Source: Takakia lepidozioides (taxonomy: Eukaryota; Plantae; Bryophyta). From it: 64,000 nucleotides of DNA. Positions 12,294 through 25,591 of this stretch are shown here, in pieces. The notes below the pieces were generated by a model. That model searched no databases. It saw only the letters and a list, made by a program, of their open reading frames with translations, and was not told the DNA's origin. The DNA lies in the NCBI GenBank assembly GCA_030704615.1, contig CM060734.1:38626001-38690000 (forward strand). Reading direction: 5' to 3'. The position numbers and the translations under genes were made by a program. Numbering within the stretch: position 1 is the first letter of the stretch; each line of letters opens with the position of its first letter.

Positions 12294-12707
12294 ATGGGCT
12301 CAGAAGTCCAAAGCAAAATGGTGGGAGGAGAGTGCGACCATCGACAGACAGAGATAGAGGTATTCCATGACTTCCTGCCGATCATGGCTCAGAAACTGGA
12401 CGAACAGGACTTCCTGGAAGAGCTTTGCAACGGTTTCCGCTTGCTTGCCGACCCTTTCACTTGCACCATCACAATAGGAAGCCTGACGAAAAATGCCAGG
12501 TGGTTGGGCCTTGACGGCATGAGCGAGGAGGACCTTCATGCTATGATCAAGGAAGGGGATATTGATGGCGATGGTGCTTTAAACGAGCATGAATTTTGCC
12601 TTCTCATGGTCAGAACGAGCCCCTCTCTCTTGGCCCAAGCTGAGACGTGGCTGGAAGATGCTCTTGAAAGAGAGCTGGAGGAATTTATGGATGAAGATCT
12701 CATGTGA
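12294..12707 (+). CDS. Single-EF-hand calcium-binding protein, KIC/PBP1 family, intronless, 137 aa
   Basis: FHDFLPIMAQKL...ELCNGFRLLADP...IT..SL..NA..LGL..MS.EDL.AMIKEGDIDGDGALNEHEFCLLMVRTSP matches the family pattern. EF loop DIDGDGALNEHE. In-frame TAG at 12270 upstream of ATG 12294. Confidence 0.92.
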   Translation: MGSEVQSKMVGGECDHRQTEIEVFHDFLPIMAQKLDEQDFLEELCNGFRLLADPFTCTITIGSLTKNARWLGLDGMSEEDLHAMIKEGDIDGDGALNEHEFCLLMVRTSPSLLAQAETWLEDALERELEEFMDEDLM

Positions 12708-14660
12708 GAATTCGCGGAGATATTGGAGCAAGGCTCCTCAGGTTGGAGCCAAGATAATGAAGACAAAGTTTTCAAAGCGTTGGATGGGATATATCAGCTG
12801 TTAGCCGAAAAAGCCTTTTGGTCTTGTTTGCAGTCGTCTTCAACCTTGCGAGAGGGCCCCTCTTTGCGACGCAGCTTAGACCTTATATTTATTGTCTGTG
12901 TAGACTAGACTTACAACGTAAAGAATTCAATGTGCCAATATGTTGCATAAAGCAAGTGTTTTCACAATCAGGGACATCCTAGACTCTGGTATGGCACATT
13001 GCCCATTATTCCTCCTAGACCGTATGACACATATAGTCACTTTTTGCTTCTCCTCGTCCACTTACATGAGCGGGTATCGAGAAGTTCATTTACAACCCAC
13101 AGCTAGGTCAAGAAGTTCGGTTACAAGGGAAGTTAGAAACAGGCAGGAAAGACTGCTTAGGCATGCCTTGCATGAGTGGTTTTGACTAAGAACCTGTTGA
13201 TAGTAATCTTCACCATATTTTGCCACTCCTGAAATTTCAGAGGTGTGTATTGATCTGACTTCTTTCCCCCTGCACTACTAGTGTGATGGCTTTGATGGCT
13301 TCAGACTTTTATTCACGGTATATTTGAACCAGAAATCTGGTGTTTAAGAAGTTTTCTTGGCTGATTTTCCTAGAGGGTTTGTCATGATATAGTCACTGGA
13401 TGTTGATAAAGTATGTGACAACGTGATTGAAAGCTCGTTGTGTGATAGCTCAGGTTGGGACTTAATGGCCTGGGAATATGCGCTGTGCTTACGCGCGTCA
13501 GCTTGGCCTTCATGAAATTTGCACTTCCGTAGTTGTTATGCAAGCCATTGGGAAGGCAGTCGACCAATATAGAGTTCCATGACTGTTCAGGTGGGTGTTC
13601 AAGATAATTAGACAGTGGAGTACACCGTGGAGGGGAGAGGTCCTGGCAACCACAAACAACAGTTGTTTGGGAGAACAAACAAACTTGCTGTTCAGTTGTA
13701 TTGGCCTGCCCAGGGAGGGGGACCCCAAACAACTGGCGGAAGACTAGTAGAGTGGAGGCACCTTCTCTCGTGTATGCCTCTCTTCTTTTTACTGGACTCG
13801 TGCTACAGTCCAGTATATAAATGGTTAGCTTACAAACTTCCTTGATATGACATACAGTGGAAGATAGGCGTTTACCTGCAGCATGCTAACCCAGAAGGCC
13901 TTGAGGTCCACAGACTTCAAACTACCATACTGGATTGGTGGGAAGCCCTTAGTTGCAGACACCAACAAAAACACAAGGAATCAGATATGGACCTGTGAAA
14001 CTTTTGGAGTGCCCAAAGACTGAAGATACAAATCAGACATCTCAGCATGCCTATGCTGTCTTCTCCTTCATGATGTGACTTGTACCCCAGGAGGCGTTCT
14101 CCAAGGAGGCAGGTATTCATCATACCATCTACCTCATTTGGGAATTTATGCGATAGCATTTGGACCAAAAGAGGGTAAAAAGCTTTCAAGATTGCCTCCA
14201 GCATACTGAGTTGCGAGATCATACAACAAATGATGAAGAAACAACTCAAGGTTTGGTCATTGAAGGAGAAGAATTTTGAAACCTGCGCATCTGGATGGGA
14301 CAGAACAGCATGAAAGAGATCTCCTTGAAGAAGCCAGGAAAGTGGAAGCTGATGAATCATGACTCAGGCCGAGGCTTCCCAATGGATGCTTTTAACTATC
14401 TGTGCTCTCAAGGGGTTTGGTTCAAGAACATAGGGTCTGTTCAGATGGGCTCTTCACAACAAGGCAACGTCAAACTCACTTAATTGGAAAATCTGGAACT
14501 AAGATCACTAGGATTTGACGTCGGCCTGGTAGATGTAGCCCATCAGATGTAACTCCTACAAGCACAACTGGTCCCCCAGAGGTCTGTATGCTGATCTGGG
14601 TACAGGTTTTGTGGCCACGATACCCACATCGCCAGCACACACACAGACTGTCTCTGCAGG

Positions 14661-15302
14661 CACCCTACTCTCACCCAGTGTGACTACATCTAGGGGGATG
14701 TCAATTTCTACTGGGTAGAGGACTAAAGGGGTAGTGCCTGCATGAGCATTCTGCCTCAAGTTGATGCCAGCATCAAACCAGCACTGAAATTCTGTAACCA
14801 GATTGTCAACTATGGATGAGCACCATGACAGTTTTGGGCTGGATTGTTGGTGAGATGGCTCGGGGAGATTTAGTATGCCACTCGTATTGTGCCCTGAAGC
14901 GTGCAACATAGCCAGCATGCACAAAGGATATCATGATACACCACTCAGGGCAGCTTAATATACAGAAAAGGGTGCAAGGGCCACCCTACTCTCACCCAGG
15001 GTGACTACATCGAGGGGGATGTCAATTTCTACTGGGTAGAGGACTAAAGGGGTAGTGCCTGCATAAGCATTCTGCCTGATGCCAGGGGCATCAAACCAGC
15101 ACTGAAATTCTGTAACCAGATTGTCAACTACGGATGAGCACCATGACAGTTTTGGGCTGGATTGTTGGTGAGATGGCTCGGGGAGATTTAGTATGCCACA
15201 CGTATTGTGCCCTGAAGCGTGCAGCATAGCCAGCATGCACAAAGGATATCACTCAATACACCTCTCAGGGCAGCTTAATATACAGAAAAGGGTGCAAGGG
15301 CC
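14661..15302. repeat. ~321-bp direct tandem duplication (14661-14981 / 14982-15302)
   Basis: Both units start caccctactctcaccca and end gggtgcaagggc. Near-identical minus-strand ORFs 14556-14924 and 14955-15242. Confidence 0.92.
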
Positions 15303-15529
15303 TCCACACTCAAAACCACAGAAACTGACATGAGCAATCGATCCAAAAGTGTTTTTAAGTCTAAAGAAATCTATACATTTCAAATTACATTGTACTCTTA
15401 CTCCTTCAGCTGAAATAGCGTACGCTTTATGTACACAGTTTCATAGAGTTTCATTGGATGGACTCAACTGCTGCTAACACTTTCTTTCCATGTCCAGAAG
15501 AGATCACTGAAGGTGCAGCAGACCAAAAA

Positions 15530-16020
15530 TTCCTTCTCATTTGTCTCCTTTAATTTTTCTTTGGCTCTCTTCACCCAAACCAATCAGATGTACAAAATCC
15601 AAATAACCAATGCCTACATAATCCATGAGCACCTCCACACCGTATACTTCGTCTTCTACAACAAATGTATGCACTCTGTTGTAGCTGTGCCCTGGCTCCT
15701 TTCTGACGCCTCTGTCCTGCATCATTTCCTCACCTTTGCTGTGTCATCCCACATGAGAAGGCACTTTGCTGCCAGTCTGGTACATCCACATTGTCATGAA
15801 TTCTGTAGGCTCCAAGCAAGGCACCCCACACTGTAGCACCTGGTCCAATGGGCAGTTTGTTAATGAGATCCTCTGTCTCATCCAACCGCCCTGCACGGCC
15901 AAGAAGGTCCACCATGTAGGCATAATGTTATACATGCAGGTAGGTCATGGTCTCGAGTGATGGTATCCATGTGATGGTATCCAAGTAGTGACGGCCTTCA
16001 TACATGGCTACATGCAGAGA
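15530..16020 (-). pseudogene. PLS-class PPR pseudogene fragment (last repeats plus E domain)
   Basis: [40 protein letters not shown] and KVRKMMQDRGVRKEPGHSY..VHTFVVED lie in different frames. Confidence 0.85.
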
Positions 16021-16412
16021 GCAGAAGGAGAAAGGTACTACAGTTAGCCTTCGTGTTGTTCTCCAAGGGGGTGTGTGGGCCTCTTTTATATGAGTACAGA
16101 CGAAAGATTGTGCTATCACTAATCCAGCTGCAGTGAATTCAACCTTTGAAATGACCAAGGAACCGAGGCTTAAAGGACAATGAAGTTCCTGATGAAGAAA
16201 AGGACGTGTGTGTGATAGAGATTGGGAAAACTAGGCACAAATGTCTAGCGTCAGGTGGATACATATGAGCTAAAACTGATTTAAATTTCATCACTCAGCC
16301 AAACTGAGCAGCCCACCACCAGTGTGGAAGGACAAAGAGAACCAAATCTAAAGCATTAAGGGCAAGGGATTAGGGATTAAGAGGCCAGGTTGCAGTATAT
16401 AGTACTCGGTCT

Positions 16413-17999
16413 TCAGACCCGAAGGAAGAAAATGCTGAGCTCCTGACCTGGTGATCCATCAGGGTTTATCATATGAAAAGATACGGAGTCAGGGGAACCT
16501 CCAACCCTTTCATAACGGGCCCGCATGTACATGATTTCATCTTCTGCCACACCTTTTAATCCATCTGCAATGGGGATAACCCCTGCACCCATTGTGACTG
16601 ATTGTATATGCCCCAAGACATTCCTGTCTAGATCTGAGATCTGGCGCTTGATTGCGAAACCCACCTTGATAACATCAAGAATATGATTAGTTCAGCATAA
16701 GTGTTCCGGTGAACATGCCAAATGTAGAAATTGCATTAGTTGTGAAAACCTTCACATTACGATTGCATAATATGCATTATTCCATGTGTACACAGGAAAT
16801 CAGTACATCTAGTCTGAGAGGCAGCAAATATGTATAGCAATACAGATTCTGTACAATTTCCATGGCCCATGATGACATACCAAAGGAGGAATCTGCAAAG
16901 GTGGAACTCCTGATGCCCGGGAGCAACCAACAACCCCAGGTCACAACCACATGTTCACAAAAAGCCTTTCCTGACAAAGCGTATTTGTTGACTCACCTTG
17001 CGGCCATTGCAGAACATACTCCAGACAGGCTCCGAGAAAAGACCACCTGCTTTCAGATCTTTGGCTCCCTTGGCTTTCTCGCACTCGAGGGCAATTCGTA
17101 GAAGACCTGACGCCATTTCCCGGACTAGTGAGTACGTGGGTATTGCAAATTCCAGTAGCAAGAGCGGCGTGCTCTTCGACTCTTCTTGGACACACAACGT
17201 GACTCGCCCCTTCCTGCGCCCACGAAATTGCAATGAGCTTGGGCCATCATAATTAATTTTCTTTCGGGTTGGGTGGGGGGAAGGAGGGAGAAAGAGAGAG
17301 AGAGCTAGTGGTCCTAAAGAATGGTCCTGCTTCAAGGCCATTCCGGAGTCTCATACTGGAACAACCTTTCTTCAAAAATTTGGGAAGATTACAGATAAAT
17401 GGTCCAAAATGCTGACACCAACGCTGACAGCGTACTGAGTTTGTGGCCGAATCTGTATGCTTTAAGAGATGTGAGGTTGCGACGTCTAGAGATGAGCAGT
17501 CTTGAGGAAGGGTGTAAATGGTCCAATCTATGTGCCTTGCAGAACGATTCATGGATATAAATAGGTAATCCTGCCAATTCTCAATTGTTGTCATTAGATA
17601 ATGTGAGTACTTAACAGGAAGGGGTGATGAACGACCCGGCTTGAGAGCACGAGCTACCGAGAAAGGAGAGTACATGGCGCGAGGCAAGGGAGAAAAGAAC
17701 ATTTATATTGAGCAATTGTTCATACTTGGAACTTGCAAAGAGGAAAGGACACCGTACCTGTAGCCATAGATAGTTCCCGTGACGGCCGCCCCCAGTGTAG
17801 ACTCCGCATCCCTGTCCGCATCTGAGTTATGCGGGACAGGAGTCTGGCCCCTCCCATAGCACCGGAGAAGGATCAAGAATGCTCGGAGTGAGCTCCAGCA
17901 CTTCATTTCCTTTTCACAATCGACCGTGGTGGGCCGGTCCATGAAGTAAATATTACCCTCCCTGCTACCTGGCTGTCTCAAATCCACATTTATGGCCAT
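16413..17999 (-). CDS. MIZ1: MIZU-KUSSEI 1-like / DUF617 protein; exons 17999-17758, 17213-16997, 16664-16413; 236 aa
   Basis: Spliced product VTGTIYGYR|KGRVTLCVQE..PLLLLEFAIPT..LVREMASGLLRIALEC..WSMFCNGRK|VGFAIKR..SVTMGAGVIP..EIMYMRARYERVGGSPDSVSFHMINPDGSPGQELSIFFLRV. GT-AG junctions keep frame (711 nt). Probable 5'UTR intron 18064-18594. Family-level call; orthology to MIZ1 not established. Confidence 0.92.
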
Positions 18000-19378
18000 G
18001 GCAGACCCCTCTACTTTGACTTTTTACTTTTTCCAATCCAAGAGTTCACAAGGCTAGGGACATCTAGAAAATTTCTGCAAAGATTCTACGTTCTGATGGA
18101 CATGAACCCTTCTGCAACAGCTCTCTGAAGAGTGACTTGGATCCATACGAGAACTCGTCTGACAGTTCAGATAGAGTAAGGAAGACAATGGCCTCTCGTG
18201 AATTTCCGAAGAAAGGACGAAGACGAGATAGGATAGAGCCTTTTAGATGAACTCGACAGCATAGGAGAGACTTGCGCTGTGAGGAACAGAGGATTTCAAA
18301 CAAAGAGATTTCAAGGAAGAATAAACGATACAAATAGAGCCATGCAGAGGACAGATCCAGAGGTCTCTCAGAGCAAAAATTTGTTTCACTTGTCACAAAA
18401 CTAAGGGGAAGGAGCTCCTCAACAATCCAGTTCAGAGAAAGGAGAAATGAACCGAAGAGACCACCCACAGCCAAGACCTCATGCGTGCACGAAAAGTCTA
18501 CATACAATCTAACAATCCACAGACGAGAGACAATTCGGAGAGCTTTTATGACACAAAAACACACCGCTGCACCCAGGTGTGTACTTTTAGTTACCTGCGA
18601 AGAATGAGAAGAATAAAATTTTGGTAATGAACAAGAAGGTCCGCGAGAAGCCCGAGTCGCGGGAGAGAGAGCCGTCGGGCGGCGACGTGCCCTGACCCGA
18701 CGCACTCCCCGGCATATGAGGGTGCCCCCCGCCGGCGAATTTCCCGACACCTACATTCACGTGCGCACCTCGCAGCCGCCTGCCCCCCAGAAAAGTCTCT
18801 TCCTGCCCGTTCTAGAGGCCCTGCCCAAATCGAAACTTCTATATCGGGCGGGGACCAGGCGATGCTGCCGGTACGCCGGGATTCCCCGGGAATCGTGAAA
18901 TCGGTTGTAGCGCCGGCACCGTACTCCGCTGATGCAGAAGCTGACTCTTCTCCCCGGCCGGTGGCGGGTGACCCGCCGTCCAGCCATCTGACGGCTTCCA
19001 ACTGCGCAGTCTGTCGCCGTTGATGAGTGAGGAGTGGAGAGAATCTAAGTCATGACTGTTGGCGTGGTCCCCTCTGTGTTTTTGGAGCTAGTGGAGTGTA
19101 GTGTAGTTCCGCATTGCCGCATCTTGTCAGTGTTTTACTGCGCATACTTACTTATTAGTTCATGGCACACATCTCTATACAAAGTTTTCCAACACACAAA
19201 CCGCTTTGTATTGGAAGCCGGTAGGGGGCATGAATTTGGTGGACCCTACCGGTGGTCATGCAGAGTGGCAGGTGGGCCTAAAGACAACGCTCCCAAGGAA
19301 ATTGGCGAGTGGGATTTGTTGCAAGCAGTGTTCCTCCAAAACATTTGTTGGAGTAATTTGGAGTATTATGTATAGGGG

Positions 19379-19488
19379 AAGGGCAGCTGATGAGGCCGTT
19401 CCACCTTTTAAGAATGCGTGACAGAGGGTGGTAGGTAGCCCAGTTCACAACGTTTGAAAACCGTGGAAGGGCCTCATCAGCTACCCTT
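19379..19488. repeat. Short inverted repeat (26-bp arms), MITE-like, upstream of the MIZ1-like gene
   Basis: aagggcagctgatgaggccgttccac versus the reverse complement of 19463-19488, aagggtagctgatgaggcccttccac. Confidence 0.75.
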
Positions 19489-20579
19489 AACACAGCCATA
19501 AAAAATCAACGTCTCCCTTCATGGGCCCCCCAAAATCGTCACCTTACGAATTTCGCCTGGCGCAAGATGAAACTTCCCGTCGGAGAAGGTAACGTCGGGA
19601 ATTCTAGGCGGTTTTTTACGCATGGGTGGATCCCTAATGTCGCCGAAACTGCAAAATACTGACAGATCTGCCAATAATTCGCAAACTGACCGGATAGAAG
19701 GGTACCTCGGTAAGCTACATACCAAAGAATTCAGAGTATGCTGACGTAGGTGGGAGATAAGAACAATTTAAGCTGTCTGAGGACGAAAAATTCGAAGCAG
19801 TTTGCTTCCGGCGGGGAGTATGATGTACGGACTTTTTTGTTATTTTGGATGAAATACGTTTGGTTTTGGATGGATGAGATCATCCCTGTCCTGTTCAACC
19901 ACATCAGGTCTCAAATGGAGCCCAAAACTATTAGTTATTTTGGATTTCGGTACTCGTGTTGTATTCTGACATTGCATGAACTCCAAGTTGCCCCACACCC
20001 ATTGGCCGCTTTTACAAGGCATGCAACTTGGGGTGCACATTTTACAGCTCTTTGGAATAATCTGGGTCCAATGGATGAATGAGAAACAAGCAGCTAGTCC
20101 GGTAATGGTTGTAATTAGGTAATATTTATCTATTTATCTATTATCTATCTACTAGATGTATTTTAAAATATGGATAAATTTGAATGACTATTTGTAACCT
20201 TGAAGTTAATGAAAACAGAAGAAATCAAAACAAAATTCTATATGTTATTCTTTCAACAAGTGATATGAAAACTGAACTAAATTTCGGCAAGTTGGCAAAG
20301 CTTCTAGATGTAGTGATGATACAGAGGTATGGCTAGTGAGTTGGGGGAGTTGGTTGGTGGGATAGTTGGTAGTAACTTGGGGAGCACAGTGAGGAGGAGA
20401 AGGAGAGCTTGGGAGACGTTTATAGGTGGATTTGGTGAAATGGTGAAGCTGGATAGTTTTAGAGAGAGGATGGTTGTTTGTTTCAGTGGAGGGCTCGTCT
20501 GCAACCAACAGAAATGGATATAATTTTATACTGGGATCTTCAACAACTGACGAGTTATACAATTGATATGAAGCAAGCC

Positions 20580-20615
20580 AGTTTGTTTGTTTTGTTTTGT
20601 TTTGTTTTGTTTTGT
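20580..20615. repeat. (GTTTT)n simple repeat
   Basis: Seen directly. Confidence 0.85.
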
Positions 20616-21975
20616 AGCGTCGTTGAGATCTAGCTATCTAATGATATCTAATTGTATATAGCTAGATATCTAACTAGCTATCCAATGATGTATTTAAATT
20701 TAGTCTACCATCCCTAATTGTTTGTGACCAAAGATGTCCACCTTCCAACGGAAAGGCACTACCGTAGAGGTCGTTCTATTTCGTCTTTAATTAATTCACT
20801 TTAAGAGAGAACGAATATTTTAAAATTCTGCCCCGGGAGTAGACGAAATATGGGAATAATCTGCACTTAAAAAGATGAACTTTGAAAACAAAAGATAGCA
20901 ATATAGTATCTCCTAAACGTCAAGTTACAAAGTTTGAGACTTATTAAAAATATTTACCACTAGCCACGACTATGGCTTGGCAGAGAGTTATGGCTAACCA
21001 TAATTATGACCTGCCAATAAACAAAGAATGTCAACTGTAAGTGAATCTTGACATGGCTCACCTAATTTAATGAAAAAAGTACCCAGGTGCCCCATCCTTG
21101 AAAATTTGGATGAAGCCTGAACGAAATAATTAATATTGTCATTAAGCCTACCAAACCTGGCGACATGCATGTATTTAATGATCCCGGCAAGGGTCCGTCG
21201 AAATAGAGCGGCCTCTATGGCAGTCCCTCTGGTAAAAACCTAGCTAGTGTAGTTTTGGTGGGCTTTAAATAGCATAAAATCCCGCTTGTCCTGTTACGCG
21301 TGGAGCCCATGGAGGTTGGGTAGCATGCGAGCAAGCTCACGCCTACAGGTTGCACAAAGGCATATTCCAAATATTCCAAAAGATTCTAAAGAATATGCAT
21401 TTGCAAAATCAAAATGCGCTCACTTGGTAAGAAATACGGAAAACCGTGCTCAGCGAAAAAAATCATGAAATTAATCGTCCAAAGCTTAACTTGCGTGAGC
21501 ACAATGACCCACAAATATATCTGCCAGAACTCAAAGATCAGTAAGATCAGCGCGTAAACAATGTGGCATTCAATACACATTGTGTGTAGAACATCCCCAA
21601 GAACCACCCAAAAACGGGTTTCGCCTACGAAATGCAAGTTGTTTTTGCCAATGAAACCCAAGTTTCGTAGGCGAAATTGGGGTTTGGTTTTGGTTTTTGT
21701 TTTTTTTTAAAGGTTTCTCCCTTTCAAGCTCCTTCTATATGTTTAAGTTTATATTTAGACACTATGGAGACCCTATTAACGCATAAAGACCTTGTCCGTC
21801 TATTATATGTATTTTCGTTGACATACATATCACCCATATAACCGTGGATCCTGCTCACGCAACGATTATTTATATGCTCACGCTGTGCTCACACATTACC
21901 AACCCCTAGCCCATGGGCTGGGATAGGCAGGTAGTTTTCTTTTCACATGGTCTACAATGCAGCTTTTACACGAGT

Positions 21976-22083
21976 TAAAGTCCTATAACTCGGGCTTTAC
22001 ACGAATCAAGATTCCTACGCCCTTGGGCTACCCTCGGGGCTATGGAATCTTGAATCGCATACATCCCTCATTGCAGGACTTTA
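21976..22083. repeat. ~108-bp imperfect palindrome
   Basis: taaagtcct...tcaagattcc...gccc..ggg/ccc..ggggc...ggaatcttga...aggacttta. Confidence 0.7.
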
Positions 22084-22508
22084 CAACTTTACCTAATACA
22101 TAATTTCCATTTCGTCTGGAAAACGTCATCATGCTTTTTTTGGTGTCACTTTATCTTTAAACTTTTAATCTCCCAAATGACCCACAACATCCTAAGATTT
22201 GGTCGGATGGGGATGATTCCTAAGCAAAAATAGCATAGTTCCCTTCATCCAGTTCTCCATCAATAAAATAAATTGAAAAAAACAAAAGGGCTTATGTGGG
22301 CAAATTTTCACCCAAAATCACTGCTGTTTTTGGGGCTGGAAATCCGTGGTTGTCTATATAAGTGGTAAGGGGCCTGCCTACCACCTATTGTGGGTACTCA
22401 TCAAGCTATATTGCACTCTTGCGGCGCTAATTTTGCAATTTTCTCAATTCTAATTTAGTTTTGGAAAATATAACTTAGCGGAACTTCTATAACAATTAGT
22501 GCAGTTAA

Positions 22509-25260
22509 CCCTTACTCTCCCAAGCTAGTTTCCAACTTTTTGGCCACTTTTGGTACCATGCTGCACTAAAATCAATGCAACTACCTACTACCATTCATAA
22601 AATGATTATGTTGTTTTTGGACCTGAAATTTGAGCTCCCACTTAAAAGTCCCAATTTTTTTTTGGTTTTACTACAATGTGGCTTTCCGTAGTTTTATTTC
22701 CCTTTAGACATATTCCAATTCATTGACGAATTGATTACCATATGCGCTGCTTTGTAAGGGTTTACATGCAGGGGGGTATGAAAGGTGAAAATGTCCAAGC
22801 TTCAAACAGTTTTTTTTTCAGATTTTTTAACCTCTAAAGGACGACCCGTCGCGTCGATTTTCACTTGGTTGTAAATTTCTTGGATGGTATCCGATTCAGG
22901 TGGGCCCCAAAGCAAAATTGTACCTAGCATTGACAGCTATCGAACATACTAAATGCTGCGCCATTTGGAGTACTACAGCGCCGCCTAGGATTTTCACGTG
23001 ATAGAAAATTGCTTATGGTGTGTGGTGTGCAGGTTTGAGCGTGTTGACTATGCAACGTGGGCCAATGAGGGCATGTCATTGCCTGAGTTTTGAATGGCCA
23101 GATAATCCACCATATGTTACATCCCCTGAGTTTGACTTGAAATTTACAACTGGAAATTGGTGCATCACCTTTGTATTCCTACCTGGCATCTACTCACCGT
23201 TGAAATTTATTTTTTCATGCAAAATTTCTGCTACTTGTTGCATCCAAGCAAAAGCCTTGTTCTTTTTGCCCACAGGCACCCTTGAGCAGCTACATACAAA
23301 GGGGCACTAATAAAAATAGGTCATTACATGTTGTAATTTGGACACAATATGTCCATCACTTGATAGGCCGTAATTGGTCAAAAGTTGGAGGGGAACCCAG
23401 AATTGGAACATGGAGAAAATGGATGGTCAAACCGCATTCTCCCACAAGTTTGACTGAGCCGTCAAATTAGGGGTCACTCCGGCATTATAATCTTCTGATT
23501 CCAACGGTGGAATGAGCTGCAAATTTTTGAACATATGTATGATGTAGTTACTGACAACATTGTACGGTTCATCCACATGGATGAACTCTGCAGCAAGATA
23601 CAGCCCGCCATGTCAGGTTTTTTGAAAATATCAGAAAAAAAAACTCTCATCCTTTAGGGGTTAAAGAAACCCTATAGTCGATTTGCAGGTGCGCTCATAT
23701 ATCATTTTTGACCTATTCCAAAAACCTAACCCCTAAGCCAAAAAAGGTGAGTAATTTCTGAAAATTTATAATTGAACATTCTGATATTGGTTACGCTGTA
23801 CCTACCTGATGCAAGGACATGCCAATTTTCGGGGAAATCGGGTGAAAATCGAGAAAATGCCACCGCACGCACTTGGGCCCCACACAACATAATTGTAAAT
23901 TGGATTGGACTGTTTTGATTTCCAAATTCAATGAATCTGCTCCTAGTTCATCCTGGTGAGATCTTGCATTCATAGCAATAAACAAAATGCAATTTTGGAT
24001 AAAACTTGGGCTGCCTGTACGTTCTTGTGTCTAGTGGAGCAAATAGCTATGTGTGTTTGCTACAACAACGTGTGACCATAACCAACATTTTGGAAGACCC
24101 TCCCACCTGCCCCCACTCGACCTACCTCAGCACACATAATTGCATTGTGTGAGTGGGATTTGAACCCTAAGGTGCCCCAACCGGCAGCTCACACATGAAC
24201 ACAAGGGGGAAGATCCCCCCCTCCCCACCCATTTTTCTGTGCACCCTCCCTTGACAAAGGGACTAACCATAAAACTAATTATTAACTAAAACCATTCACC
24301 AAAATGTTGTGCAAGCACAATGTGCAGAAAGGTACCAAGACGGCCTTGCAATAACAATATAATAATTCCGACATCATACAACTACACTTGTGAGCTGGAT
24401 GCACCCAAGTCTTCTCTCAAATTCTTGCACCAGCCAAAAACAATGAATTGCAGATTAGATAGACCCGCATCATACAACATACCTGATCTTACAATTTGAC
24501 TTATTAAGCGATTCTCTACATGAAGTATTTAGTAAAACCTCTTCAAGCTCAACGATAACATGTATGCACTTACCTCCAAGCACGTTGCGGTGTTCAGAAA
24601 CAGACAGAAGGCTACAACAAGAGGAGAAAATACAGCTGTGCTCAATAATGTCACAAACATTTTGTCCATCCAAGAAACAACAACCAGTTTACCTGACATA
24701 TGCATGCGCCATGCCACCCTCCCCCTCTCACTACTCTTACCCAAATCCAAGCAAGAAGAAAACCCCATTCTCACAGTTTTGACAATGCCAGTGGCAAAGA
24801 TGTTCTTGGTTGTCAAGTCATAGAAAAGGATAGGGCTGCTGAAGAAATTATCTTTAGTCACCATATGCTCATTATCGTCAAACCTTGTCAACAACCTTGT
24901 CACCACTCCATATCAAGATCCATGCGTCATATCATTTCCCTCATCCTTCCCTAGGTATACCTCCAATTTCTGGACATACTTGAAAGATGCATTTGCCAAG
25001 CACCGCCCCACATTACAGGCTTTTTGGCCATTTACTGCTGAATTCAAGCATATTTATATTTATTCTTCATCTACACATAGGTTCTGTTTGGGCCTCATAA
25101 ACTTGGCATGCAAATCATTTTGAGCATCTAGTAGCCAGCGGGTTTTAGCTGGCTTGTCAAAGGTAGAATAATTGGAATCAGTGCAAACGTCCTAGTTGTC
25201 AACAAGGTGTAGGCATCTCAAGATGCTTTGCCACTTGTTACAGGACATAATTGGATTATG
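22509..25260 (-). mobile_element. piggyBac DNA transposon remnant (TTAA+CCC terminus at 22509; transposase fragments ~24300-25260)
   Basis: TTAA|CCCTTACTCTCCCAAGC terminus. Minus-strand HMVTKDNFFSSPILFYDL..KNIFATGIVKTVRMGF...WRMH.SGKLVVVSWMDK..VTLLST and upstream NLCVDE (DDE_Tnp_1_7-like). Linking the terminus to the ORF is inferred. Confidence 0.75.
22831..23660. mobile_element. Non-autonomous piggyBac-type MITE nested in the larger piggyBac
   Basis: TTAA|CCTCTAAAGGACGA ... TCATCCTTTAGGGG|TTAA. Confidence 0.8.
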
Positions 25261-25531
25261 GAAGCACGACAACATGTAGCTGAAGAAGATTGTGGATGAA
25301 CATTTTAAAAGAAATTGATGTGATTGAAGCCAACATAAATAAGATAAGAATCTTTCCTCTATGTGGATACAATCTCTTTCTTGGAATGGGTTCTATGAAA
25401 TGGATCACTCGAAAAGGAAAAGGAAAAGAAAAAGAAATCCAACTATGGAAGTCAAAGTTTGCTTTAAGGCATCAAAGCTTCAATTATGTACTCCTTATAA
25501 CTTATTAACAAATTATATATGGTATTATCTC

Positions 25532-25583
<52 letters not shown>

Positions 25584-25591
25584 TTGTGTGT
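25532..25591. repeat. Compound (AT)n(GT)n microsatellite
   Basis: Seen directly. Confidence 0.95.

Noticed and set aside
18064-18750. 228-aa minus-strand ORF
   Set aside because: Mostly spans the probable 5'UTR intron of the MIZ1-like gene, is Leu/Ser/Phe-biased and has no domain.
18591-19001. 136-aa GC-rich ORF as an N-terminal extension of the MIZ1-like protein
   Set aside because: TTG start, and splicing to the 18063 acceptor hits TAG within three codons.
19385-19482. CTGATGA as a hammerhead ribozyme core
   Set aside because: No stem II followed by GAAA on either strand. It is just part of the inverted repeat.
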